Positions 19,362 to 29,375 are shown, numbered from the stretch's first letter. The stretch: DNA of 64,000 bases from a virus (IMGVR_UViG_2933330693_000001:6748-70747), one strand, 5' to 3'. Notes: generated from the sequence alone by a model not told the origin. Translations and numbers: made by a program.

Positions 19362-21245
19362 GTGGCGGTCCGCTTCGACAACTCCGGCGAGGAGTATGCC
19401 CGCTCACTCAGCCTCGGCTCCGTAACGAACTGGACGGTCACCTGCTGGGCCAAGCTGATGGTGGACCGGGCGGCCACCTCCGTCATCTGGATGATCGATG
19501 ACGGCAGCGGCGGCAACTATCTGCGCCTGACCGGGTGGAACGGCTCAGCGCTCGCATACCAGACGACCGCCAGTAGCTGGTTCGGCCTGGCCGGACAGAC
19601 CCTGGTGGTCGGCGAGTGGACCTTCATCGGCCTGTCGTCCACCGCCAACCCCGGCGTGGCCCGGGTCCGGGTCCGCACCGCAGGGTCCACCACGTGGATC
19701 GGCGGCACGCCGCCACAGAACAACGTGACGATCACCGCGGGCACGCTGCGGATCGCCGCTGGGCAGGCGGCCGGCGAGTGGCTCAACGGCTCCGTAGCCG
19801 GGCTCAAGGTGTGGGATCAAGCCCTCTCGATGGACGAGCTGGAGCTGGAGTCCTGGACCTACCAGCCCCAACGCACAGCCGGGCTGCGCGCCTGGTATCC
19901 GCTGCTCCGTCCTGACGGCACCGACTACAGCGGCGCCGGACAGACCTTGTCGGGCGGCGCAGGAGCAGCACTGGACGACGGGCCTCCGCTCTCGTGGAGC
20001 TCCGTGCGGCGCCGCATCGTCCTCCCGGCAGCGGCCCCGCCTCCGTCCGGGCCGACCTTCCGGTCCGCGTCCCAGGTGGCCTCCGGCACCAACAGCTCGT
20101 TCAACTGCCCGAAACCCGCAGGCGTCGCGCAAGGCGACATCCTGGTGGCCTTCCACGCCGCCGACACGGGAAGCCTCGCCGAGATGGCCACCCCGACCGG
20201 CGGCAGCGCCTGGCAACTGCTGACGTCGCGGGCCCGGGACGACGGCACAGGATCGGGCAGCAAGGTCTGGTGGAAGGTAGCTGGCGCCGCCGAGCCGGCC
20301 ACCTACGGGTTCACGCAGACCGGCAACGCCGACGGGTCAGTTTCGATCATCGCGGTGCAGGACGGTTCGACCGACACGCCCGTGGTGGCGCAGACGGGCG
20401 GCACCAGCTCAGGCACGACGAAGACGACACCTTCGACCACAGCCGGCGCCGGCGACTTCGAGATCCGCTGCGTCGCTCTCCACTCACCCGGCGGCACGGT
20501 GACTTTCACCTCGCCGGCCGGGTTCACCGAACGCACCGACATCCAGTCGGCCGCGTACGGGCTCACCACCACTGCGACGCGGACGCTCGCCAGCGGCGGC
20601 GCGACTGGCACCGCCGACTTCACCGCCAGCACGTCGGTCGGCGAGTGGCACGGCTTCACGGTCAACATCGGCTCGATGGTGACACTGAAGTCGCTGGCCG
20701 ACAGCGCGACCGGCAGCGAGGCCGTGGACGTCTCCGTAGACGCCCCCATCGCAGACAGCGCCACGGCAGCCGAGACGCTGACGGTCGCCGCCAGCGTCGA
20801 CTTCGCCGATACCGCGGCCGCCGCCGATGACCTCTCCGTCACCGTCACCGTCGGCTTCTCTGACACGGCCACGGCCGACGACGCGGCTCTTGTCGGCTTC
20901 CCAGTCGACCTCGCCGACGCGGCGAGCGCCGACGACACGTGGACGATCTTGCCGACGCCGGTCTTCGATGAGCAGGCCGCCGCCGGCGAGTCGCTCACCG
21001 TCGCCGCGACTGCCGCCTTCACCGACAGCGCCACCGCGACCGACGACCTGGCCGTCATCCAAACCCACAACAAGGACCTCGCCGACAGCGCCACCGCCAC
21101 CGAGTCGCTGACTGTGGTCACCTACCAGGACATCGACGTCGTCGCAGGCGCGCCTCGCCGCGGCTGGACGTCGCAGCCATTCGACCGCGGCTGGTCGGCC
21201 GGCGACGCCAGCCGCGGCTGGTCAGCCGGCCCACCCACCACCTGA
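19362..21245 (+). CDS. LamG/ConA-like fibre or adhesin with ADSATA repeats
   Basis: WTVTCWAK, GEWTFIG, LNGSVAGLKVWDQALS (LamG-like); about 19-aa repeats; C-terminal RGW x3. Confidence 0.65.
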   Translation: MAVRFDNSGEEYARSLSLGSVTNWTVTCWAKLMVDRAATSVIWMIDDGSGGNYLRLTGWNGSALAYQTTASSWFGLAGQTLVVGEWTFIGLSSTANPGVARVRVRTAGSTTWIGGTPPQNNVTITAGTLRIAAGQAAGEWLNGSVAGLKVWDQALSMDELELESWTYQPQRTAGLRAWYPLLRPDGTDYSGAGQTLSGGAGAALDDGPPLSWSSVRRRIVLPAAAPPPSGPTFRSASQVASGTNSSFNCPKPAGVAQGDILVAFHAADTGSLAEMATPTGGSAWQLLTSRARDDGTGSGSKVWWKVAGAAEPATYGFTQTGNADGSVSIIAVQDGSTDTPVVAQTGGTSSGTTKTTPSTTAGAGDFEIRCVALHSPGGTVTFTSPAGFTERTDIQSAAYGLTTTATRTLASGGATGTADFTASTSVGEWHGFTVNIGSMVTLKSLADSATGSEAVDVSVDAPIADSATAAETLTVAASVDFADTAAAADDLSVTVTVGFSDTATADDAALVGFPVDLADAASADDTWTILPTPVFDEQAAAGESLTVAATAAFTDSATATDDLAVIQTHNKDLADSATATESLTVVTYQDIDVVAGAPRRGWTSQPFDRGWSAGDASRGWSAGPPTT

Positions 21246-21263
21246 GCTGCTGGGAGGTGGCCG

Positions 21264-21557
21264 GTGACAGCGATGCAGATCCCGAGCTTGTCCACCGAGT
21301 ACGTCAAGGTGCCCATCGCCGGCCCGGCCACGCTCACCTCCCTCCCCGTGGAGATGGCGGTCGTCCCGCAAGACCAGGACCCTGCGGGTGGCGACTGGGA
21401 GACGGCCGACTGGATCGGCACCAGCGCCGCGCTCCTCATCGGCCCGGCAAGCCCGTTCGGCGCCCTGGCGAAGGGCCTCACGTACGGCATCTGGGTCAAG
21501 ATCACGTCCACGCCCGAGGTGCCTGTCCTCGGCCCTTACCCGCTGCACATCACCTGA
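21264..21557 (+). CDS. Small beta protein (paralog of 23283..23567)
   Basis: STEYVKV..PVEMAVV..DWETADW..LLIG..GTY-like GIWVKIT. Confidence 0.65.
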   Translation: MTAMQIPSLSTEYVKVPIAGPATLTSLPVEMAVVPQDQDPAGGDWETADWIGTSAALLIGPASPFGALAKGLTYGIWVKITSTPEVPVLGPYPLHIT

Positions 21558-21567
21558 AGGGACCGCG

Positions 21568-21999
21568 ATGGCAGTCCGCATCAACACCGCCGCCCGCAAC
21601 GCGTCCGCGAACGCCATCGCCGCGCTCGTCGACGGCGGCAGCGGGGCCGGCAAGCTGCGCATCTACTCCGGCAGCCAGCCCGCCACCCCGGCCACCGCCC
21701 CGACCGGCACGCTGCTCGCCGAATTCACGTTGAGCGACCCGGCGTTCGCCGCGGCCGTCGCCGGCGCCGTCGGGCTCGACACCACCCCCGCCCTGACCGT
21801 CACCGGTCTGGCCAACGGTGCCGCCGGATGGTTCCGCCTCGTCGACTCCGCCGAAGCCGCAGGCACAGGGCTCGGCGTCCTGGACGGCAGCGTCTCGGCG
21901 ACCGGAGGAGGAGGCGACCTGACCATGAACACGACCACGATCTCGACCGGCGTCAACGTGACGATCAACGCCGGCACTGTGACGATGCCGTCAGGCTGA
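21568..21999 (+). CDS. Virion accessory/minor structural protein (cassette B, gene 1)
   Basis: ARNASANAI...KLRIYSGSQP...GTLLAEF...AGWFRL...LDGSV. Confidence 0.65.
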   Translation: MAVRINTAARNASANAIAALVDGGSGAGKLRIYSGSQPATPATAPTGTLLAEFTLSDPAFAAAVAGAVGLDTTPALTVTGLANGAAGWFRLVDSAEAAGTGLGVLDGSVSATGGGGDLTMNTTTISTGVNVTINAGTVTMPSG

Positions 22000-22012
22000 T
22001 AGGAGTCCTGCC

Positions 22013-22312
22013 ATGTCGCTGTACCTGACGGTGGAGGTCCGGCACGATCCGGTCCACATGACCAGCCCGCCGTACAAGATGCTGATGAACTGGTGCTCTA
22101 CCAACAGCATCCCGCTCGTCACCGGCTGGATGATGTACGTCCACAACGAGCCGCAGGTCCGCGCCGTGCTGACGGTTATCGACCTCGACGAGCAGGGCGA
22201 GTGGGTCCGCGACGGCGACGGCGTGCCCGTCACGCACGAGGTCACCTACATGTGCGCCAGCCTGCCGCCGCTGCAGGGCTTCGTGTCGCGCGGCAGCTCC
22301 ACGCTCGTGTAG
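22013..22312 (+). CDS. Hypothetical protein
   Basis: AGGAG RBS, ATG. Confidence 0.5.
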   Translation: MSLYLTVEVRHDPVHMTSPPYKMLMNWCSTNSIPLVTGWMMYVHNEPQVRAVLTVIDLDEQGEWVRDGDGVPVTHEVTYMCASLPPLQGFVSRGSSTLV

Positions 22313-22315
22313 CTG

Positions 22316-23278
22316 ATGGCGACCAGGCACAACAGCTGCATCAACCCGTGCCTGAGCAACGACGCGGCCGGGTGGGGCGGCGAAGCGACACCGACACGCC
22401 AGCCGGTGACCGGCTTCGACCGCCCCTTCGCAGCCGAATACACCAGCGGCACGTTCCTCCGCACCTCCGCAGGGGCGGCGGCGCCGGGCTTGGACTACAC
22501 GCTCAGCGTGTACGTCCGCCCGGCCAACGGCTTCTCGGCCGGCGGCAGCATCTACATCGAGTGGCGTGACGCCGCCGACGCCGTCATCTCCTACAGCAAC
22601 GGCTCATACACGCTGACCAGCGGCACCGTGTCCCGGGCCAGCCTCACCGGCGCCGCCCCCGCCGGCACCGCCACCGCCCAGCTCGTGCTGGACGGCGTGA
22701 ACTACTCCGTCACGACGCTGCACGCCACCATGGTCTTGGTCGAGCAGAGGGCGACGCTCGGCGACTACTTCGACGGCGACACCAGCCCTGGCGGCTCCTG
22801 GGACGGCATCCCCGGCAGCAGCGCGTCCACGCTCTCCGACACCATCACCGCCGTTCTCGACGCCCAACTCCCGCCGCTCGCTGCCTCGTTCACCAGCGAG
22901 GTGACCGTCGAAGGCAACCTCGACGGTGTCTTGCCTCCGCTCGCCGCGGCGGCCACAGCCACGGTCGACGTGGCTGGCCAGGTCGACGCCAGCCTGCCGC
23001 CGCTGACCGCCGCCCTGTCGGGCGTCATCGAGGTCGAGGGCAGCATCGCCGCCGCGCTGCCCGCCGTGACCGCGTCGCTGACCTGCCAGGTGTCCGACCC
23101 GCCGCAGGCCGTGCTCGCCGCGGTCCTGCCTGCGGTCACTGTCAGCATCACCGGCACTTCGGAAGCGGTCGATCCCGTCCTGCCGCCCATCCGTGTCGGC
23201 CTGCCTCGCCTGACCTGGCCGTCCGGGCGTGCGCGGCTCGGCTGGCCCGTCGGCACGCCCCGCCTGGGAGGTGACTAG
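22316..23278 (+). CDS. Carbohydrate-binding-module-like fibre with LPPL repeats
   Basis: NP...GW, YTLSVYVR, IEWRD, APAGT, YFDGD; about 22-aa LPPLxA repeats; C-terminal PRLTW/RLGW/PRLG. Confidence 0.6.
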   Translation: MATRHNSCINPCLSNDAAGWGGEATPTRQPVTGFDRPFAAEYTSGTFLRTSAGAAAPGLDYTLSVYVRPANGFSAGGSIYIEWRDAADAVISYSNGSYTLTSGTVSRASLTGAAPAGTATAQLVLDGVNYSVTTLHATMVLVEQRATLGDYFDGDTSPGGSWDGIPGSSASTLSDTITAVLDAQLPPLAASFTSEVTVEGNLDGVLPPLAAAATATVDVAGQVDASLPPLTAALSGVIEVEGSIAAALPAVTASLTCQVSDPPQAVLAAVLPAVTVSITGTSEAVDPVLPPIRVGLPRLTWPSGRARLGWPVGTPRLGGD

Positions 23279-23282
23279 CCGG

Positions 23283-23567
23283 ATGGCGTACATGCCCGCG
23301 ACCTCCCGCGAGGAACTCCGCGTCGACTGGAATGCGGACTTCTCCGCGTGGCCGGTCCAGCTGGCCGTGGTGCTGGAGTCGGCGGGCGAGCCGGCCGACT
23401 CCGACTATCGTCCGGCGGCGTGGGACGGCACGGACGCCGTGCTCGTCATCGGCGAGGGCAGCGACCTGGAGTTGGAGCCGGGCGCCTACGTGGTGTGGAC
23501 GCGCATCACCACGAGCACGCAGCGGCCGGTCCGCCGGTCCGGCCTCCTCACGGTCGGCACGCCATGA
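23283..23567 (+). CDS. Small beta protein (paralog of 21264..21557)
   Basis: SREELRV..PVQLAVV..DYRPAAW..LVIG..GAYVVWTRIT. Confidence 0.65.
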   Translation: MAYMPATSREELRVDWNADFSAWPVQLAVVLESAGEPADSDYRPAAWDGTDAVLVIGEGSDLELEPGAYVVWTRITTSTQRPVRRSGLLTVGTP

Positions 23568-23764
23568 CCTCCAGCGGCTGGGCGCGCGTCCAGCTCGGTC
23601 TCGCCGTCACGTGGATGCTGCTGATCGCACCGACGCTGATCTGGTGGCGCGACAGCGTCCTGTGGGTGGCGCTCATGTCGCTGTGGGCCAACATCGCCGC
23701 GCACCTGGCAGCCTGGCAGGCGGCCCGCACCGAGCGGAAGCTCGACGCGGGCGGTGCTAAGTGA
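23564..23764 (+). CDS. Small two-TM membrane protein
   Basis: WMLLIAPTLIWWRDSVLWVALMSLWAN. Confidence 0.6.
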   Translation: MTSSGWARVQLGLAVTWMLLIAPTLIWWRDSVLWVALMSLWANIAAHLAAWQAARTERKLDAGGAK

Positions 23765-25299
23765 CTGTGCTGTCGCCGTGGGAGGTGGCGGCCCGCCACT
23801 TCCAGCCGCGCCCCCGACGCTGGGCCACACCCGGCCGGCTGGCCGCCGCCCTCGACCCCACCACCGTCCAGACGCCGGCGCTCGACGTCATCGACGAGCA
23901 CCTGGTCGCGCTCGCCGACCGCGACATCGACCGGCTCATGGTGTTCATGCCGCCGCAGGAGGGAAAGAGCGTCCGGGTCTCGCACCGGTTCGTGGAGTGG
24001 CTGCTCACCAACGATCCTGACCTGCGCGTCGCCATCGTCTCCTACGCCGACGAGATGGCCCGCCGCTGGGGCTCCGACATCAAACTCGACGCCCACTCCT
24101 TCGACGGCACCGACGGCACCATCGACCTTGGGCTGCGGCTCCGCGCCGACTCCCGGGCGGCCGGCCGCTGGCAGATCGATGGACGCAAGGGCGGCGTCTA
24201 CTGCGTCGGCGTCGCCGGAGCACTCACCGGCAAGCCGGTCGACGTGATGGTCATCGACGACCCGATCAAAGACCTGGAGCAGGCGCAGAGTGCCGTCTAC
24301 CGGGAGCGGGCGTGGCGGTTCTGGCAGGCCGTCGCCGTCCCCCGGCTCGGGCCCGGCTCCCGGGTCGTGCTGGTGCAAACCCGCTGGCACGAGAACGACC
24401 TGGCCGGCCGGCTGCTGGAGCAGGACCCTGACCGGTGGACGGTCGTGTCCATCCCCGCGGTTGCCGAGTCCGACGACGACCCGCTCGGCCGGGCGCCCGG
24501 GCAGGCGATGCGGTCGGCGCGCGGCAACCGCGACTGGGCGCGCATCCGGTCCGATGTCGGCGAGTATGTGTGGGCCGCGCTCTACCAGCAGCGGCCCGCC
24601 CCTGCCGACGGCGGACTCTTCAAGAGGTCCGGGCTGCGGCACTGGACGAAGGGCGCCGACCAGCGGATCCTGCTGGGCGAACGCGTCATCGACCTGCGGG
24701 ACTGCTGGCGGTTCCTGACCGTCGACCTCGCCGCGAGCACCAAGACGTCGGCGGACTACACGGCCGCCGCTGTGTGGGCGATCGGCGTCGACGGCGACCT
24801 GGTCATGCTCGACGGCATCCGGGAGCGCATGGACCCGGCCGGGCACTGGCCGGCCGTCCGCGCGCTGCGGGAGCGCTGGTCGGCGGATGTCGTGTTCGTC
24901 GAGTCCCGCATGTTCGGCACCACCCTCGTCTACGAGGCGGGCCGGGCCGGCGTGCCGGTGCAGGAGCTGCACGCCGACACCGACAAGATCACGAGGGCGT
25001 TGCCGGCGACCGCCAGGGCCGACTCCGGACGGCTGTGGTTCCCACCCGAGGACCGGTTCCCCACCTGGGGCGACTGGCGTGACGAGCTGATGGCCTTCCC
25101 GAACGCCGCTCACGACGACTGCGTGGACGTGGTCGCCTACGCCGCCAGAGTCGCAGGGGCGCACTGGCTGCCGATGGAGACGGCCGCCGTGGTGGACGCC
25201 CGCCGCGGCGGCTCGCTGGTGGACGACGTGATCGGGCAGGCGTACTCGGCGGCGACCGGCGGCGGATCAGACCTGGATTTGATGTCGATCAACTACTGA
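23761..25299 (+). CDS. terL: Terminase large subunit
   Basis: MPPQEGKS Walker A, MVIDDP Walker B, QTRWH, LYQQRP, TVDLA, HDDCVD nuclease. Confidence 0.93.
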   Translation: MTVLSPWEVAARHFQPRPRRWATPGRLAAALDPTTVQTPALDVIDEHLVALADRDIDRLMVFMPPQEGKSVRVSHRFVEWLLTNDPDLRVAIVSYADEMARRWGSDIKLDAHSFDGTDGTIDLGLRLRADSRAAGRWQIDGRKGGVYCVGVAGALTGKPVDVMVIDDPIKDLEQAQSAVYRERAWRFWQAVAVPRLGPGSRVVLVQTRWHENDLAGRLLEQDPDRWTVVSIPAVAESDDDPLGRAPGQAMRSARGNRDWARIRSDVGEYVWAALYQQRPAPADGGLFKRSGLRHWTKGADQRILLGERVIDLRDCWRFLTVDLAASTKTSADYTAAAVWAIGVDGDLVMLDGIRERMDPAGHWPAVRALRERWSADVVFVESRMFGTTLVYEAGRAGVPVQELHADTDKITRALPATARADSGRLWFPPEDRFPTWGDWRDELMAFPNAAHDDCVDVVAYAARVAGAHWLPMETAAVVDARRGGSLVDDVIGQAYSAATGGGSDLDLMSINY

Positions 25300-25310
25300 A
25301 CGGGGATGAC

Positions 25311-25652
25311 GTGGCGATTCTGCCGGTCACGCTGACCGTGGGCGATGCAGCCTACGACGTCGGCACCATCGAGGCGCTCGCCCCGGACGACACGCAGCGG
25401 GGCAAGCTAGCGCCCTTCTTGCAGGCACTGGCCGACACCCTCAACGACGGGTACACCCTCCGCCGAAAGATGCGGCCATCCGGTGAACCCGCCGAGATCG
25501 CTGACCTCCCCGTTGAGGTGCGCCAGCTCGTACACGCCGTGGACTCGTTGCGGGACCAATGGGCCGAGGCCAGCGACGCCCGACGCCAGGAGCTCTGGCA
25601 GACCGTGCATAGGGCCAACGACGCCGTGTGGAGCCGAACAGACCAGGGGTGA
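25311..25652 (+). CDS. Hypothetical protein
   Basis: Between terL and portal; N-terminus similar to next gene. Confidence 0.5.
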   Translation: MAILPVTLTVGDAAYDVGTIEALAPDDTQRGKLAPFLQALADTLNDGYTLRRKMRPSGEPAEIADLPVEVRQLVHAVDSLRDQWAEASDARRQELWQTVHRANDAVWSRTDQG

Positions 25653-25657
25653 TCAGC

Positions 25658-25879
25658 ATGGCCAGCCCCACCCTGCCCGTCGTACTCCAGGTTGGCACCA
25701 CCCCGGCCGCCCAGATCGGCACCGTGGAAATCCCCATCGTCACGGGCCCCGCCAGCAAGGACCCCTCAGGCCACTGGCAGGTCGAAGTCCAGGTCGACCA
25801 GGACGAGCTCTGGCGGCGCATCGCCAGCCTGCTGCGCGACGCCGCCGACCTGATCGAGAAGGGGGCAACTGATGGCTAG
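25658..25879 (+). CDS. Hypothetical protein
   Basis: LPVVLQVG..IGTVE; overlaps portal start. Confidence 0.55.
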   Translation: MASPTLPVVLQVGTTPAAQIGTVEIPIVTGPASKDPSGHWQVEVQVDQDELWRRIASLLRDAADLIEKGATDG

Positions 25880-27908
25880 CGCCCCGACCCGAGACATCGG
25901 CCACCTCGACTCCAACTACGGCGTGTGGTACGGCGACCTGCTCGAACAGATCCCCGACCTGACGTGGCCGCTGTCCGCCCGCACCTACTCCCTGATGCGC
26001 ACCGACCCGCAGCTCACCGCTGTCCTGTCGGCGTACACGCTGCCGATCCGCCGCGCCACCTGGGCCGTCGACCCGGCCGGCTGCCGACCCGAGGTGGTCC
26101 AGCTCGTCGCCGACGACTTGGGCCTGCCGATCCTCGGGGTGGATCCCGAGCCTGGTCCGGCGCGCAGGCGCGGTGTGCGCTGGACCGACCACCTCCGCCT
26201 CGCCCTCCTGTCGCTGACCTTCGGGTTCATGCCGTTCGAGAGGCGATACGCGATCGTCGGCGGGCAGGCGCGGCTGGTGAACCTCGGCGAGCGGATGCCG
26301 CACACCATCGGCCAACTCCAGCTCGCCGCCGACGAAACCGTGCAGTCGATCACGCAGAACCTCGCCGCGGTGCGCCCGATCCCGGCGAACCGCCTGGTCT
26401 GGTACGTGCATGACCGCGAGGCGGCCAACTGGACCGGCCGCAGCCTGCTCAGGCCCGCGTACGGCGCTTGGCTGCTCAAGCACGAGGTGTGGCGCGTCCA
26501 CGCCACCAGCGTCCGCCGGTTCGGCATGGGCGTGCCTTCCGTGTCCGCCCCTCCCGGGGCCATCCCCGCCCAGATCGCCGAGGCCCAGCGGCTCGCAGCC
26601 GCGATGCGGGTCGGCGACCGGGCCGGGGTCGGCCTGCCGGACGGTTTCCGGCTCGCGATCACCGGCATGACCGGCAGCGTGCCGGACGCGCTCGGCTTCA
26701 TCCGCTACCTCGACCAGCAGATGTCGAGGTCGGCGCTGGCCGGGCTGATGGATCTCGGCGACACCAGCAACGGATCGCGCGCCCTGGGCGACAGCTTCCT
26801 CGACCTGTTCCTGCTCAGCCTCCAGAGCATCGCCGACGACATCGCCGACACCGCCACGGTCGGCCAGACGGGGATGCCCGGCATCGTCACCGACCTCGTC
26901 GACCTGAACTGGGGGCCCGACGAGCCCGCCCCGCGGATCGTCGTCTCCGACGTCGGCTCCCGGCAGGAGGTCACCGCGCAAGCGCTCGACCTGCTGCTCA
27001 AGTCCGGCGCCCTCTCACCCGACCCGGCGCTGGAAGCGTACGTGCGGGAAGCGTGGAGGCTCCCCGAACGCGCCCAAGCTGCGCCCCCGCCCACGCCAGC
27101 CATCGCCCCGCCCGCCCCGCCCGCCCCGCCGCAGACGCCACCCGAGCCGCTACAGGCCCGCGCCGGCCGCCCCGAGCGGATGCGGGCCGCCGCCGGCCCG
27201 GACGATCTCGCCGACGTGCAGGAGGCGTGGCAGAACGCCCTCGACACCGTGCTCGAAGCGTGGCCGTCGATCGCCGAGGACTGGCGCAACCAGCTCGCCG
27301 AGCAGATCACCGCAGCGGTCGACGCCGGCGACGTGCAAGCGCTCACCCAGCTCACCATCGACAGCACAGGAGCGGCCGAACTGCTGGCCGTCGCCATGCT
27401 GGAGCTCGCCGAGACGAGCGCCGAGCAGATGGCGGCCGAAGCCGCCGCCCAAGGCGTCAGCGTCGAGCAACCCCCCATCGACGACGGCCACCTGGAGGCG
27501 GTCGCAGTCGCGGTAGCCGCGCTGCTGGCCGCCGGTCTGGCCGGGGCCGCCGCCGCGGCGGCGCTTCGGCTGGCCGTCCCCGGCGCTGCCGGCGCGGCGG
27601 TCGCCGTCGAGGTGGCGGCGATTCTCGCCGCGCTCTCTCTGCGCACCGTGCGCGACCAGGTGGGTGGCGCGCTGAGCGGCGCCCAGTCGGCCGGACGGTT
27701 CGTCGTCCTGCGGGAAGCGCCCACCGCCCGGTACATGGCCAGCGAGGTGCTGGACCGGTCGACGTGCGCGAACTGCCGGGCGATCGACGGCACCACCTTC
27801 GACGACCTCGACGCCGCCGAGGCCGCCTACGGCAACGGCGCCTACGTGAAGTGCCTGGGCGGGATCCGCTGCCGCGGCCAGGTCATCGCCATCTGGGACA
27901 GGAGGTAG
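25872..27908 (+). CDS. Portal protein (DUF935/Mu gp29-like) fused to MuF-like minor head domain
   Basis: GRSLLRPAY, RFGMGVP, GSRALG; Pro linker; C-terminal DRSTCANC...CLGGIRCRG. Confidence 0.85.
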   Translation: MASAPTRDIGHLDSNYGVWYGDLLEQIPDLTWPLSARTYSLMRTDPQLTAVLSAYTLPIRRATWAVDPAGCRPEVVQLVADDLGLPILGVDPEPGPARRRGVRWTDHLRLALLSLTFGFMPFERRYAIVGGQARLVNLGERMPHTIGQLQLAADETVQSITQNLAAVRPIPANRLVWYVHDREAANWTGRSLLRPAYGAWLLKHEVWRVHATSVRRFGMGVPSVSAPPGAIPAQIAEAQRLAAAMRVGDRAGVGLPDGFRLAITGMTGSVPDALGFIRYLDQQMSRSALAGLMDLGDTSNGSRALGDSFLDLFLLSLQSIADDIADTATVGQTGMPGIVTDLVDLNWGPDEPAPRIVVSDVGSRQEVTAQALDLLLKSGALSPDPALEAYVREAWRLPERAQAAPPPTPAIAPPAPPAPPQTPPEPLQARAGRPERMRAAAGPDDLADVQEAWQNALDTVLEAWPSIAEDWRNQLAEQITAAVDAGDVQALTQLTIDSTGAAELLAVAMLELAETSAEQMAAEAAAQGVSVEQPPIDDGHLEAVAVAVAALLAAGLAGAAAAAALRLAVPGAAGAAVAVEVAAILAALSLRTVRDQVGGALSGAQSAGRFVVLREAPTARYMASEVLDRSTCANCRAIDGTTFDDLDAAEAAYGNGAYVKCLGGIRCRGQVIAIWDRR

Positions 27909-27914
27909 GCCGCC

Positions 27915-29375
27915 GTGGACATCGACGTGCCCCGCGCGTCCGCCCTCGTCAGCATCCCCGGTGTGGAGCTGGCCCAGGCCGGCACGTGGCGGCTCTCCTC
28001 GGGCGAGGCGACCATCACCCGCGACGACCTCACCGCCGCCATCGCCGCGCTCGACTGCCCCGCCGTCCGCAACCCGGTGCTCAAGCTGGGCCACGTGGAC
28101 CCGCGGTTCGACGGCGAGCCGGCGGTCGGCTGGGTGTCCGGGCTGCGCGCCGCCGACGACGGCAACACCGTGGTGGGCGACTACCGCGGCCTGCCCGCCT
28201 GGCTCGCCGACGTGCTGGCCAGCGCCTACCCCGACCGGAGCATCGAGGCGACCAGGGGATTCCGATGCCAGATCGGCCACACCCACCAGATGGTCATCAC
28301 CGCCGTCGCGCTGCTCGGCGTGGCCGCGCCCGGCATCGGAACGCTCGACAGCCTGCAAGACGTCGCCGCCCTCTACGACGTCGCCGCCTCCCACGGCAGC
28401 GAGGCGACGCCGGTCACCTACACGATCAAAGGAGGAGGGCCTATGCCCCCGCCCACGCCAGAGCTGGCGGCCGGCGTGTCCAGCGAGGACGTCCGGCGCC
28501 GCTACTACGAACGCGCCGGCTACTCCGACTGGATCTGCGAAATCCAGCTCGACCCGCTGCAGCTCATCGTCATGGACGACAGCAGCGGCAGTTACTACCG
28601 GGTTCCGATCGCCATGGCCGGCGACGACGTCGAGTTCGGCGAGCGGGTCGCCGTGAAGGTCGAGTACGTCGACAGGCCAGACAAGATGGCCGCCGGCACG
28701 CTGGTGTTCGCGTCCCGCGAGGAGTCGATCCCGCAGGACCTGCGCCCCCCCGACACCGGCGACGACCCGCCCGACAGCCGAGTGCAGACGGCCGGCATGG
28801 ACGCCGCACCCACCCCGGAGCCGCCCGAGCAGGACGGCCCGCAACCAGAGACTCCCGTCACCGACTCCCCGGTCGGCGGGCCAACCAAGGAGGACACTGT
28901 GCAGTTCAGTGACGAGCAGCTCGCGGACCTGCGAGCCAAGCTCGGCCTCCCCGCCGACGCTGACCTCGACCCGGCCGCTCTGCTGGCCGGCGTCGAGAAG
29001 CTCGCCGCCACTGGCGGTGACGGCTCGCCGGGGAAGACGCCGAAGAACGCGCCGGGCACCGTGACGGTGGACCGGCAGGTGTGGGACGACCTGCAGACCC
29101 GACTCAACAGGCTGGAGCAGGTGCGCGCCTCCCAGCAGCGCAACGAGCGGGAGCGGATGGTCGACGACGCGATCCGCGCCGGCAAGTTCGCGCCGAGCAG
29201 GCGCGACCACTGGCTGCGCGTCGCCGAGGCCGACCCGGAGGGCACCGCCCAGCTGCTGGCCGGCCTCACCGCGGGCACCGTCCCGGTCTCCGACCTGGGC
29301 CTGCCCGGCGGCGACGGCTTCGACGTGGACGCCGAGTTCGCCGACCTGTTCCCGCCCGCGCCGAAGGGGGCCTAG
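27915..29375 (+). CDS. Mu-like prohead protease/scaffold
   Basis: LKLGH...EPAVGWV...YPDRSIE...AVALLG; C-terminal VDDAIRAGKFAPSRRDHW scaffold. Confidence 0.82.
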   Translation: MDIDVPRASALVSIPGVELAQAGTWRLSSGEATITRDDLTAAIAALDCPAVRNPVLKLGHVDPRFDGEPAVGWVSGLRAADDGNTVVGDYRGLPAWLADVLASAYPDRSIEATRGFRCQIGHTHQMVITAVALLGVAAPGIGTLDSLQDVAALYDVAASHGSEATPVTYTIKGGGPMPPPTPELAAGVSSEDVRRRYYERAGYSDWICEIQLDPLQLIVMDDSSGSYYRVPIAMAGDDVEFGERVAVKVEYVDRPDKMAAGTLVFASREESIPQDLRPPDTGDDPPDSRVQTAGMDAAPTPEPPEQDGPQPETPVTDSPVGGPTKEDTVQFSDEQLADLRAKLGLPADADLDPAALLAGVEKLAATGGDGSPGKTPKNAPGTVTVDRQVWDDLQTRLNRLEQVRASQQRNERERMVDDAIRAGKFAPSRRDHWLRVAEADPEGTAQLLAGLTAGTVPVSDLGLPGGDGFDVDAEFADLFPPAPKGA

